DNA of 64,000 nt from Azolla caroliniana (lineage: Eukaryota > Plantae > Polypodiophyta). The stretch is taken from the NCBI GenBank assembly GCA_043228905.1, contig JBHGNT010000005.1, forward strand, positions 9,362,001 through 9,426,000, written 5' to 3'. Positions 26,163 through 38,299 of this stretch are shown piece after piece (positions within the stretch are counted from its first letter, which is position 1; every line of letters begins with the position of its first letter). Below the pieces are notes generated by a model. It was not told the DNA's origin. It searched no databases and saw only the letters and a list, made by a program, of their open reading frames with translations. The position numbers and the translations under genes are program-made.

Positions 26163-29100
26163 TCAAAACATGGGAAGCCAACCATGTCTCCCAAAGACTG
26201 ACGGAGCCCGAAGCCGAACGATCCAAAGTCACCGAATTCGGCATGACCTTAGAAGGACCGGCGGCCCGATGGCACGCAAAGCACTTACCGGGCAACTTTG
26301 CCACATTCGATGCCTTGAAGGCCAAATTCCTCAGGCTTTTTCACAGACAAGTTGAGCAAAGGGAATTGGTCGGGCAGTTCTACACCACCCGACAGGAAGA
26401 GAACGAGACTGTGCCACAATTCATCATTCGGTTTCAAACCCTGCACAGCCAACTGACGAGAGCACCACCCGAAGACGAAGCCAAAGCAGTCTTTTTGGCC
26501 GCGCTAAAAGAGCCACTTCGAACGATGTGCGGAGTCCTTGATTTCCGCACCAGCACAATGGACCAAGTTATTGATCGGGTCTTAGAAATGGACAAGACTA
26601 GCTCCTTCTTGTCGATGGGGATGTTACACCGGGCACTCCCGAAGGAGGAAGACCTGAGGTTCCGACAAGCCTTACAATGCACAACATGCCTAAATTCGGG
26701 CCACTCAACGGTAGACTGCAACCTGCGGACACAATGTATGATCTGCAACTCTCGAGCCCATACAACGGACCGATGCGAATATAACCTGTTAAATCGGCAG
26801 GCGGCACCGGTTCGACACATAGAACCGCGCAATCAGGACCCGGATGATGATCGATTCCGGAGAGACGACCGCTACCAACGCGAACGCGGTAACAGGTACG
26901 CTGATAGAAGACGCGATAACTATGACCGAGAGGAGAAACGCAAAGATAGCTACCCCCGGGACCGGTACGACCGAGACAAATCCCCGGAATACGAACGACG
27001 CAGAGAAGAGAGGCGACAAGGGAACCGAAATTTCCGACGGAATCAGAAGCGTGGATTTTTTCGAAGAGAGGAACGTCGGGAGGCAGCAAGGAATGACAAC
27101 CCGGTATCGGTGTCGGATAACCGAAAAACCGAAGACGACCGCCGAAGTATACCCACCCCCCAAACCGGGGACAAAGGAGAAACGAGCAACAGTCACAAGG
27201 TGTACTGTTATTACTGCCGTAAGGAGGGCCATTATAGTAACCAATGCCCAAGCAAAACCAATGACAAGCAGCCGACAGTCAACATGGTTACAACCGAAAT
27301 AACGGAAGTGCAGCAGGTCACAACCCGGTCAAAGGGGAAGACCGCCGAGTGGGAAGCCCAGGAGGCAATCAGAAAACAAGCGGCGCAATGGATCAAGGAG
27401 GCCAATGAACAGAATGCGGCAGAAGTAAGAGACCAAAATATGCCAAAAGACGAAGAAATCATACAGCCAGGAGAAAACCCGACGTGGCAAGCGCTCCAGG
27501 ACTGTCAAATCGTGCTGCCGTTAGCACGGCTACTACAGTTGGTGCCACGGTTTACGACAGACTTACAGGCATCCGTGAGCAAACCGAAGCCAACGCCAGC
27601 ATCGACATTCTTCTCCAACCCGGAGGAAGGACCAGCTATGGTCGATACAAGTAGCCCGGCGATCACGGCAATCGTGAAAGGAAAGGAAATTGCCGGAACA
27701 ATTATTGACGGAGGCTCCGGGGTAAATGTCATCAGTCGACGGACATGCGACAACCTGAGCATTCGGGAATGGGAACCATGCCCCTTCTAGTTACGCATGG
27801 CGGATACCAGCTCAGTCCGATCGACCGGGCTTATCCGGGATTTGGAAGTAACGATCGGAGGCCATGTATTCCGGATATCGGCCGTGGTGCTGCAGCTGAA
27901 TGTACAAGGCACGTACCCCCTACTCCTAGGACGACCATGGCTGCGAACGGCGCATATCAAGCAGAACTGGCAAAAGAACATGATCACATTCCGGCGAGGG
28001 AAAACAAAGGTACGAGTAGCGACGCAACCACGGGTGATCGCCAGTAAGGAAGCAACTCCATTGTATGCGGAAAGCATCAACATGTTGGAGGGATTACCGG
28101 ACGAGGAAGTCGATCGATACCTCGAGGAACACCCACGAATCGTCCCACTATTTGAGGTGGATATCACGGCGGCAGTAGAACCGTACATCACGACGCCGGA
28201 CGAACCGGACCAAGCGGCGATCCGGGAACTGCGACAAGCGCAGGAATCCCTAGAGAGGGAGATGACGATATCCCAGAGGGTAAAAGCATCCCAGACGATA
28301 TCAATCTCCTCCGGGTCGGATTTATCCGACCGGTCAAGCAGGCAACCTGGCTGAGTCCGATAGTGGTGGTCCCGAAAAAGAACGGCAAAATCCGGGTATG
28401 CGTGGACTACCGGAAACTAAATGCCGCAACGGTGACCGATGCGTTTCCACTACCATTTACGGACGGGGTGTTAGATGCGGTAGCCGGCCACGAAGTTTAT
28501 AGCTTCCTGGATGGATTTAGCAGTTACAACCAAATACGAATGAACCCGGCCGACCAGGAGAAGACAGCGTTCGTTACGGAATGGGGAGTGTTCGTCGCGG
28601 TCGTGATGATGTTCGGACTAAAGACAGCCCCAACGACCTTTCAAAGGATAATAATGGAAATTTTCGGGGAATATATCCCCGGTTTTATGCAGGTCTTCCT
28701 TGACGATTTCGCGGTCTACAGCCGGCACGGAGAGCATCTCGATCACCTCCGGCTGTTCCTAGAGAAGTGCCACGAGTACCGGTTGAGTCTAAACCTGGCC
28801 AAGTGCGTCTTTGGAGTGGCAAGCGGCAACTTACTAGGGCACGTGGTGAGTAAGGAAGGAATCGCGGTAGATCCGGATAAAGTAAAGGCGATTCTCGAGG
28901 CACCGGCACCAAATAACGCAAAGGCTTTAAGCCGGTTCCTGGGCCAAATAAGGTGGCATAGCCAGATGATACGGCACCTCGCAAACTTCGCTACACCATT
29001 GCATGCCGCCGTACACAGGGTACCCTTCCTATGGGCGGAGACGGAGGAGAAAGCCTACCAAGCGTTGAAGGTTATGCTGTCGCAAGCTCCGGTGGTGCAA

Positions 29101-31044
29101 CCGCCGGATTGGAGTAAAAGCTTTCACGTCTTTGTCGACGCGTCAGACGTAGCAATCGGCAGCGTTCTGATGCAACTCACGGAGCCGAAATGGTACCGGC
29201 CGGTGTACTACGCAAGCCGGAAACTCTCAAAAGCCGAACGGAACTACTCTACGACGGAACGTGAGGCATTAGGAATGGTGTATAGTATCACAAAGTACAG
29301 GCACTATCTGCTCGGAAGGAAGTTTTCCTTCCATGTCGACCATTCGGCACTACTCTACCTGGTCTCGAAGGCATCCCTGACGGGAAAAATTGCACGATGG
29401 ACACTGCTGTTACATGAATTTGAATTCGACATTTTCCACCGACCCGGGGCGCAGCATGCGGTAGCGGACCACCTAAGCATACTCGAATCCGGAGAAGCAG
29501 GGGACGACGTACAGGATGAGTTCCCCAACGCCGAGTTGTTCTGGATCACGACAGAACCGGCAACGGATGCAACGGTAGCCGATGAAGACAAGTGGCTAAC
29601 CGAGATGCATCAGTTCCTGAGCACCGGAGTACCCCCGGAGAACATGGACCGCGATGAAAGGAAAAGGGTAGCAGTAAGAAGCAGACATTTCTGCTTGGTT
29701 GGAGACACCCTCTATCACAAGGGGGCAGATGGCATCTGGAGACGAGCAGTGCGGAGCGATGAGAAGGATCTAATCCTCAGGGAAGCCCACTGTGGAATTG
29801 CCGGCGGACATTATGCCGGCGACGCAACCGCTCGGAAAATATGGCAGAGCGGACCGTGGTGGCCCACCACCCTAAAAGATGCCGTGAAGTATAGCAGAGA
29901 ATGCGATTTGTGTCAACGACTGGGCCAACCCACGGAGCAGGCCCGGATGCCACACCACCCGGTCTTGCCATTGGAACCGTTTCAAAAGTGGGGTTTGGAC
30001 TTTGTCGGTCCCTTCAAGCCACTGGCAATGCGAACCGGAAATCGGTATGTCATAGTGGCGACTGACTATTGCACCAAATGGGTGGAAGCGAAGGCCTTAC
30101 GGGACAACACAGCCGCGTCCACGGCAAAGTTCCTGTACGAGTGCATATGGTGCCGGTATGGATGCCCGATCGAGCTTATAAGTGACCAAGGAGGACACTT
30201 TCTCGGGCAGGTAGTAGAAAGCCTGACGTCATTTTACGCGGTGGTACATAAAAGGAGTACTCCCTACTACCCCCAAGCCAATGGACTAGCGGAATCGACG
30301 AACAAAACTCTGCAGAACATCCTACGAAAAATCATCAACGAGAACCGGACCGACTGGGATACGAAATTGCAGAGCGCGTTATGGGCGTACCGAACAACGT
30401 ACAAAACCAACATCCGGACAACCCCGTTCCGACTAGCATTCGGCCTAGAAGCGGTCATGCCGGTAGAGTTCAAGATCCCCAGCTTACGGATCCAGGTAAA
30501 GGAGCGCTTAAGTGAGAAGGAGCCCGAACGAATCCGGATGGCGACGTTGTTGGAATTAGAAGAAAACCGAATAGCCAGCTTACTACAACTCGAACTGGAG
30601 CAAAGGAGGAGAAAAGCTTTAGTGGACCGACACCGGCGTGGCAACGAAAAGGAGTTCGAAGTCGGAAAACCGGTGCTACTGTTCCAGACACGGATGGGGA
30701 ACATGCCGGGAAAGTTGCGGTTTCGGTGGACCGGACCGTTTTGGATCACCAAGGAGTACAATGGGTCGTATAAGCTCGGCACGTTGTCTGGAGAAGTCAT
30801 CGGTAAGTGGGCAAATGGGTTTCGGCTAAAGCCGTATAAGGGAAATATGCCAGCCAACCCGTTCAAGCAAGACCCGGAAATCTGGCACGATGAGGAACCG
30901 ACACCGACAGACGCTGCTGCAGAAATCTGGACCAAGGAAGAACCGACACCGATACCGACAAAGACTATCCCGGAAAACCGACAGAAGGAGATTCCGGTAT
31001 CAGCGCGAACCGACCCGAACAAATCGGGCGGGACCGGGAAATGA
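26163..31044 (+). pseudogene. gag-pol of element E (TGG>TAG stop at 27788; internal deletion at ~28295)
   Basis: CYYCRKEGHYSNQC knuckle; IDGGSGVN; FLDDF; VDASD; HCGIAGGH...CDLCQ; WGLDFVGP; YYPQANGLAE. Confidence 0.9.
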
Positions 31045-31547
31045 CGTGGTCCAAACAAAGAAAAAATAATAATAATAAAAATAAATAAATAAATATATAT
31101 ATATATAATAAAAAATAATAATAAAAACAAAGTAATGATGATGGGGAGATCACAAGAGGTGGGAGCGCCACCATGCAACGAAGAGGCGCCATGAAGTAAA
31201 GGAGGACGTGCCCGTACTTGCTATTTAAAGCGTAGAACGTGGGCACCGACGTACGAGGTATTACGCACGCGCGGCAATCAAGAGAAGAATTGGTAATAAT
31301 GACAGGAGATATGCACACGCGGCAACCAAGAAAGGACATGCTAATTATGGCGGGAGATAGACATGCGCGGGAAACGAAAAAGGGCGGCTCGAGGCAAAAG
31401 CCACTATATAAGACACAGGCCTGCAAAGGACTTACTTTTTACGAATTTTCCTACACACAGGCGCAGAAGCACAGAAGAGCGATCCGACGCACAGCGCACA
31501 CACATCCCGATCCCGAACAACAGACAGCAGAAGAAGAATCCGAACCA

Positions 31548-34470
31548 ATGGCACTATCGGAAGAGGCACGCCAATGGATGATAGAGAACGGGTTAGAAGG
31601 ATTGCTGCGGATCGCCGACGCTCCACCACACGCAGAACCGGAGTAGGCGGCAGCATCGATTGATTTATCAGAAGTCACGGAAGGAGCGGTGCAAGCGCTC
31701 ACGGGGATAAAAGCAGGAGGACTTCAAACGATCGAAAACCCTTCAAGTCAAATCCTGTTCGAATATTTCGGTGAGTATTCCATCAACAGCAAGGCGTACT
31801 GAACATAGGGCGGAGAGAACCTGCTGTTCGGAGAAGTGGCCCGCGCCATGATGGAATACGGATTCGTGAATTCTCGTCCCCCGGCCATAGCCAGGTACCG
31901 AGCAGCGTTCCTAATTGCAACGTACGAAGGATTACAAGTGGACTGGCTCCATTTCATAACCGAAGGATTGAAGGAGGCCATCAAGAACCTTGTGGAAGGA
32001 AAAAAGCCATGGGCCGGGATAGCACAATGGCTAACGGTGTTAGTCCCACCGGTGCTCCCCATCAAACAAAAGAAAAGAGGTCGGCAGGAGACGACGCCAA
32101 AAAAGGTCACAAAGCGCCGACAGATCCTAGAGAAACACACCCCCGGATGGACCCAAGAAGAAGCAGAACAGCGGGAGGAAGGACCATCCCAACAGCAACA
32201 GGAACCAGCAACAAAGGCAAAACCGGCAGGAAAAGGCAAAGGAAAACCGGCCGAGGAAGAACCGGTAGCGCTCAAACCAATCAATATAACGTTGCGACGG
32301 CCGAAACCAGAACCAGAGGACTTTATACAAAAGGTCCGTCTGGTAGCCGCACCAGAGGAGGAAGCTGAAGCAGAAGACTCATCCGAACCACTGGTAAGAC
32401 TCCCAGCAAGACAAGGTCGGGAGAGACGGGCGAGAGGACCGGCTCCACCAGTTGACAGAACTCAGCAGAGGGCGCAAGGACCACCTCCAGTAGCTGGGGC
32501 GGAAGCAGTACCGGAACCCGCACCGAGGGAAGCAGTACCGGAACCGGTTTTGCCGGACTTCAGAGAACCGGTCATTCCAGAGAAGAGGAATGAACAAGCG
32601 CCGGAGCCAGAGAAAAAGGCCGGAAAAACAGCCTGAGTTAAGGAGTAGAAGTGAGCAATGCTACTCCGACACAGGAAGCACAAAGCCACAATGGCTGAGA
32701 TGGCTTTCGGAGCAGGTATCGGGAGTAGCGGACCAGTTAGAGGAAGAAGAAACGTGTAGGCAACACCTGACGCATACAACAACCCAGGAGTTGGTCGCGC
32801 TCCGAATACAGATCCAGGAGTTGCAAGGGGAGCTGTTGCAGGCGAGGGAAGGAATTCAACAAGCACAAGTTGTCACCGAGCCGGTCGGGACAACAAGGAA
32901 GCAACCAGAACCAGAACCAGAACCGGTAGCCTTGCAAACCGGCCCTGAGACCGAAAAAATAATAGAAACCTTGCGAGAGGAGTTAAAAGCTCAGGAGGCA
33001 TTAAGGGAAAAAGAAAGGGAGCAGCAGAAAGCGGTGGAGGACGACAGACGAAGAATGGAAGAAGGCCTCCGGAAAGGCCGAGCCACTAATGACCGACTGC
33101 AAGAAGAAAAAGAAAAGCTGCAAAAGGAGAAGGACCGACTGCGTCGACAGGCCGAGCAGGAGATAGAGCAACTACAGGAAGAACTCTGACAACAGAAGGA
33201 CCGGGACGACTGGTTAAGAGCTAAGGTAAGCCGACGCCTGAAGCAGAAGACGGAGGACTTCGACGGCCTCTACCGAGATCACAAGCAGGCCGAGTCGGAC
33301 AACAAGAAACGGGCAGCAGACTACGACCGGCAAATAGAGAAGCTGAAAGAACAGCTCAAAGAGACCCGATTAGACCTGGCTAAGACAATGGACGAGGTCA
33401 GTGCCAAAAAGGAAGCATTGTCGGCGGAAATAACCCAAGCGACGGAGAGAAGGAAGGAATTAGAGGCGCTAAGGCGGGAAAAGCTGGATCTGACCAAGAT
33501 CAGGAATGAAGAAAAGGAAAGATCGACCTTCACGATCAACAAACTGCAAAGTGCCTATGAAAAGCAGAAAGCGGATTACGAAGCCCAAGATCAGATAATG
33601 GCCGACATTATAAAACGGGCAAGGAAGGAAAAGCAAGAAGCTTATGCGCATGCTAAAGCGGGGGTTGACCGGATCAAGCTCATCATGTCATGTTGGAGTA
33701 CCCGAGCTCAGGCAAGCATCAACGAAAGTACGGAAAAGCTATGGAATGAGTGGTCACAACAGGCAACCGAGCTGTAGACACTCCGAGCTGATGCCGAGAA
33801 TCGGAGGAAGACCGGTGACAAGTTCTACAAGATGGATGAAGAAAGTATCGTCGCCATTCGGGAAGAATTGTCGGAGGATTTCTACGCTTTAGCGGAAGAA
33901 CATCTCAAAGAAATCCGAGGGTTGGTAGAGAGGTTGGATGACGGGCAGCTCGCAACTCAGTTGGAGTTGGAGAAATACGAGCAGGACCGGTTACGACAGG
34001 AAGCCGAGGGAAGAACGACGCCAATCACTATAAGTGAGGGAGAGCAACCGGCTGAAGCTGAACCAACCGACACCGAACAACCCCGACAAGGAATACCCGA
34101 AGAAGAACTTCCGTTCCAAGAAAATCAAGAAGAGCAGGTGCAGACCGATGTCGGGGAAGAAGAAGAGCTGAGACTGGAAAACACCGGAGCAGAGGAAGAA
34201 GGCGCACCGAACCGACCAGTCGAGACCGGAGAAAGCGACACTGGTAACAGAACAGAGCCTAGAACGGAGGAAGAACAGGAAGAACCCGGACGGAGCGGTG
34301 AGGAAGCACCGGCACCACAGAATCAAGCAGAGCCGGAGCAACAAATTTTTACGGAACAGCCAACCCAACCGGAGGTCGGAGACCAGGCAGGCAAGGAACA
34401 GGAATTGGAGGAAGAGGCACCACTTGACACCTTCGAGCGGAGTTTGCTCGATATTTTGGAGGAAGAATGA
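31548..34470 (+). pseudogene. Extra (env-position) ORF of element E, about 970 codons, decayed by stops and one frameshift
   Basis: MALSEEARQW...LQVDWLHFITEGLKEAI globular part, Pro/Glu linker, long coiled coil, acidic tail; several stops look like CGA>TGA or CAG>TAG changes. Confidence 0.75.
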
Positions 34471-34560
34471 GGCCGGGAGTGGATTCGAAGTGCAAGGCAC
34501 TTTCCCACGGGCGTGCCATGTGTTGGTCGGTCATAAGAGCAAGGACAAGTGGGAAGGCAA

Positions 34561-34909
34561 AGTCGGATCGAATAATAGGAAGTAAATAATAGTATATTTA
34601 TTATTCGGAGGGACGGATCCGATATAGTTGTACCGATCCGGATCCGGACCGATTCGGATGCCTGTTGCCTAAGCGCACCGATTGTAACCTTGCCGGATGC
34701 CTATAAAAGGATCCGATGATTTGTAAATGCTTTACGGAAGTAATACAATTATACTTATTGCGTGTTTATCTTTGTCTTTGTATTGTTTTACTGTCTATGC
34801 TTAGTGTAATCATCTTACGCGTGTAACCTAGCATCCAATCCTTACCACCCCTTTGGAGAAGTGTCGGATAGACACTTGTCTTGTGGCTAGTCCGGCCAGG
34901 CAGACAACA
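34561..34909 (+). repeat. 3' LTR of element E
   Basis: TATAAAA near 34702; motifs shared with the element A LTR; CA end abuts unrelated gag sequence. Confidence 0.7.
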
Positions 34910-35785
34910 GCCCCCGACCCGGATTCCTGCCAACGCCGCATAATTCACGGCCTCAGCGTGTCGTGCGGTGGCCTCTTCCATCAGCCTCTTCATTCCACCA
35001 CGCTTGGTATTCACTTCCAGGGCTCTCCGAGTCTCGCTGGAGTGCACTCGGCCACCCCACAGGTACACTGTGTTAGTTCTGAGCGCATCTGCGAAATCCG
35101 CGCAGTCTCTACGAGCATGGCCGAATGCGTCGCACCATATGCATCGCTACCCTACCGGTGGCCTTCGGTCGCGAGATTGGTCGTCGTTGTCCCGTCGTGT
35201 CTGCACGATCTGGAGGTCGCGCACCATTTGTCAATTCTTCCAACGCCGCTCCTCCGGAGGGACCTTTCACTACGTCGCTCAAGGTTGACCCCGTCCCAAG
35301 CCAATTTCGGGTCTCTTCCTTTCGCGCCAGTGAAGGCTCCTCGAACAACCTTGCCGGGACGGGTCTCGTTGCTGACGACCCTTCATCACTCCATTCCCGC
35401 CGTTTGTTGAAACGGTTGTAGACTCCTTTAACCACGGCCCAGTCAATCGTGAGCCCCTCATCGGTCTCCAATATGAGACCTACCTTTTCTCTGTCCAACG
35501 CGTCGACCGCTTTGACGAACAGCAGTACCCGGCTCATATCAAGCACGGTCCGATCCAATGCCGACAACCGCGCGAACCGCGTTTCGAATTCCTGGAGGAG
35601 CGCATTGGCGCTCCTCCCCTTTCTAGGGCTTTCAACCCATGCCATGAAGTCCCGCTTTGACAATTGAAGCAAGTCGTCGAACCCATACTTTTCAAGGATC
35701 CGCTCCCCGAAAACCTCCCACATCTAGCATCCGGCCAGCACCTCTGCATGGATGGTCGACGTCACCACTCGAGGGAATCTGGACA
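34910..35785 (-). mobile_element. gag fragment of the fungal-type Gypsy family (host of the element E insertion)
   Basis: RFPRVVTSTIHAEV...FETRFARLSALDRTVLD...LLFVKAV; MYLWGGRVH...RGGMKRL. Confidence 0.7.
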
Positions 35786-35819
35786 CCTTCGAGTCCTAAC
35801 GGGAATCAGACCAAAGGAT

Positions 35820-36263
35820 TGTGGTACGTGGTGGTCAGATCGCTTTTACGAAACGGGATGACACCCTACAAATTACGTAAGAGGAAACCTCGACTTATGC
35901 ATCCACGATAGGGAGAGATAAGTTACTTAACAATTATTAAAAGCAAACAATGACACAACATAGACCCAACATTGTTTAGATTACGGAATGACTAATGATT
36001 ACAGTTACACAACTATCTACCGGAATGTATCAGATACACTATAGTATGATTAATTACGTAATAACCTCAGACTTCTCTCCTATATGTTTCCCCCCTTCCT
36101 TCGATCTGTTGCTCCTTATATAGATGTTCCTTGGCGCGCTCCTTCTCCTTCCACGTTTACGTTTGTGTTTATTTTGGCTGCTTCTGATTGCTTTTGGTTG
36201 TTTACCTACTGCCACCTAATACCTATTGCGATTCACATATGTTACTATTTTGGCCCACGGACA
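35820..36263 (-). repeat. LTR of a further element (F) with adjacent PBS-like sequence
   Basis: TG...CA ends, TATATAAGG box near 36122-36114, followed on the - strand by TGGTCTGATTCCCGTTAGGACTCGAA; not similar to the B or C LTRs. Confidence 0.5.
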
Positions 36264-38299
36264 ACAATTGATATCATCACCCCCAAAACATCCACACTTT
36301 GTTGAGAGATGCACGTTGTTATCTTGATACAATGTTGTGGACTAAAGGGACATGGCTTCGGTGATGTCAAAAGTAACTTTATTACCTTGCCAAACTCCAA
36401 AGGCATCATCTGTATATCATTCTGGTGGTACATGTCATTGTGCTTGTAATAATAAATACGTGTGAACAGAAAAGAGATTATATGTCGCGGTTCCTTTTGT
36501 ATTTTTGTAAAATTAAGAGTGATTGATACTCCCTCTTGCCCTCTAGAGGGTGCTACTCCTTACGAGACTCAATATAGCCAATGAAAAAGGTCTTTCACAT
36601 GAAAGTTGAATAATGCAAGACATAACAAGGTCAAAGGCAATGCCATCTTGGCTATTTATGTGTTTGAGAAACATCTTGTTGGACTTCATGCAATCCCGTT
36701 TTTGGGATTAAGATTTGACTAAGGTTTGTATATCAATGAGTTGTAACTTGCCTACAACATCTAAAATTTATAGGTAAATATTACAATTTATCTGCATATG
36801 TTTTACAAAATGGACATGCAATTCTATAAAATAATGTCCCAATGCTTTGAGCACAACAATACTATATGTTGCATATACTTGATCAACATTCTTCATGACA
36901 ACCATGATTTCACTTCTCTCTAATATACAATCAAAAGCTTGTATCTAAGTGTCTCTCTCCCATTGGGACAATGTGCATGCATTTTGTATTCATCATCAAG
37001 TGACCAAACTATCACTACCATTCTATCTCGTTTTGCACTATCCATTGGAAAACCTTAATGTAGAATACTTCTATCTCTACATACCTTTTCTCTAACCTTG
37101 ACAATCCATGATACGGTTTCTTTAATTCCATTTATCACTTCCAATGCTACAAGTTTTCTAGCAAAGATTAAGATGAAGTGGTGTAAAATATCTATGTGAG
37201 AAGAGATATGAGTGTAAAACTCCAAGAACAAAAATGGCTATTTTTTATACAAAAATTAAAAAGAGTGACAGAGGGAACTATTGACAATTGCAAATTGCAA
37301 AATGGATGTGTGTATGATCCCAAAAATAATGAATTTTATTCAGAATATGAAATATACGCAAAAAAACAAATTTTAATGAATTGAGTTTGTTAAAATTGAA
37401 AGGCAAATAAACAAACACTCTAGGTGGTCACCAAAATGTCTACTATTGGTTTCTACAAGCACAATAGGTGAGATCAATTGCATTTCTTGATTAAGGCTAG
37501 AAAAGGAGGATCTAATTCCCAATGTTCCATTGTACCACCAAGAGAATTTCTTACGTACTCTCTATGAGTCTCGGAGTAAATATTAGAAGAATAGGATATG
37601 CATTCTATTGTCATATTCTACCCAAACTTTGTAGACAAAGGGTACATAACAAGTGAAAACTAGTCCTAGTCCGACTTGCTAGTAAATATTAGTAATAGTT
37701 CTTGATGAATATTAGGTCCCATTGTGCCCAAGGTAATGGCCCATGAGACAATTGGTTTACAACAAAATGGGATATTTACCCATTCATCGAAAGTAAAAAT
37801 AAAATAAAAATAGATCTTAAGGTAAATAGTTATAGTAAAATAACAAACATGTTCTACAATGAAATGGCTTTATACTAGGCTTAGTTTCATTTCCATCCAA
37901 GTCTCTCGAAAACAAGCAGGAGGTCAAAGGGTTTCGATGTGGATGTGGCCCCCGTGGTCCCAATGTAGAAGGTTCCCCAACCATGGCTTCTAGTCGGCGT
38001 AGCTCACAGTGTACATGTATTTATCGTATATCAACGTCTTCTAAGGCCAAATTTGGCCCATAAGACAATTGGTGTACAACAAAATGGGGTTTGTGTGTGT
38101 GTGAGAGAGCATTTTTTCTTCTTCTAGAAATCCACAAAGTCAAATGCTCTCAAGGAGTTGGGCAAAGTATTTATCTACAATCGAGAAACAATGAATTTGT
38201 TTCTTGAGAAACAAATGGATTTAAATAGCAAATGCAATAACTAATGAGCATTTATTGATATACGATAAATACATGTACATTGTGGTAATAAACACAAAC

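Larger units (their letters stand above)
26163..34909 (+). mobile_element. Athila-like Gypsy element E (family of A), 5'-truncated, with a long extra 3' ORF and 3' LTR
   Basis: gag-PR 26243-28354, RT-RH-INT 28363-31044, extra ORF 31548-34470, purine tract ~34546-34560, LTR ~34561-34909 ending ...CAGACAACA. Confidence 0.92.

Noticed and set aside
30267-31178. Long antisense ORFs over retroelement coding regions (also 2179-2883, 22541-23350, 26598-27251)
   Set aside because: Shadow ORFs on the opposite strand of GC-rich gag/pol with no recognisable domains.
35820-36263. LTR F as the 5' partner LTR of element B or C
   Set aside because: No visible sequence similarity to either 3' LTR and no matching target-site duplication.
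36300-37400. Possible DNA transposase relic
   Set aside because: Too decayed; no diagnostic motif or terminal repeat could be supported.
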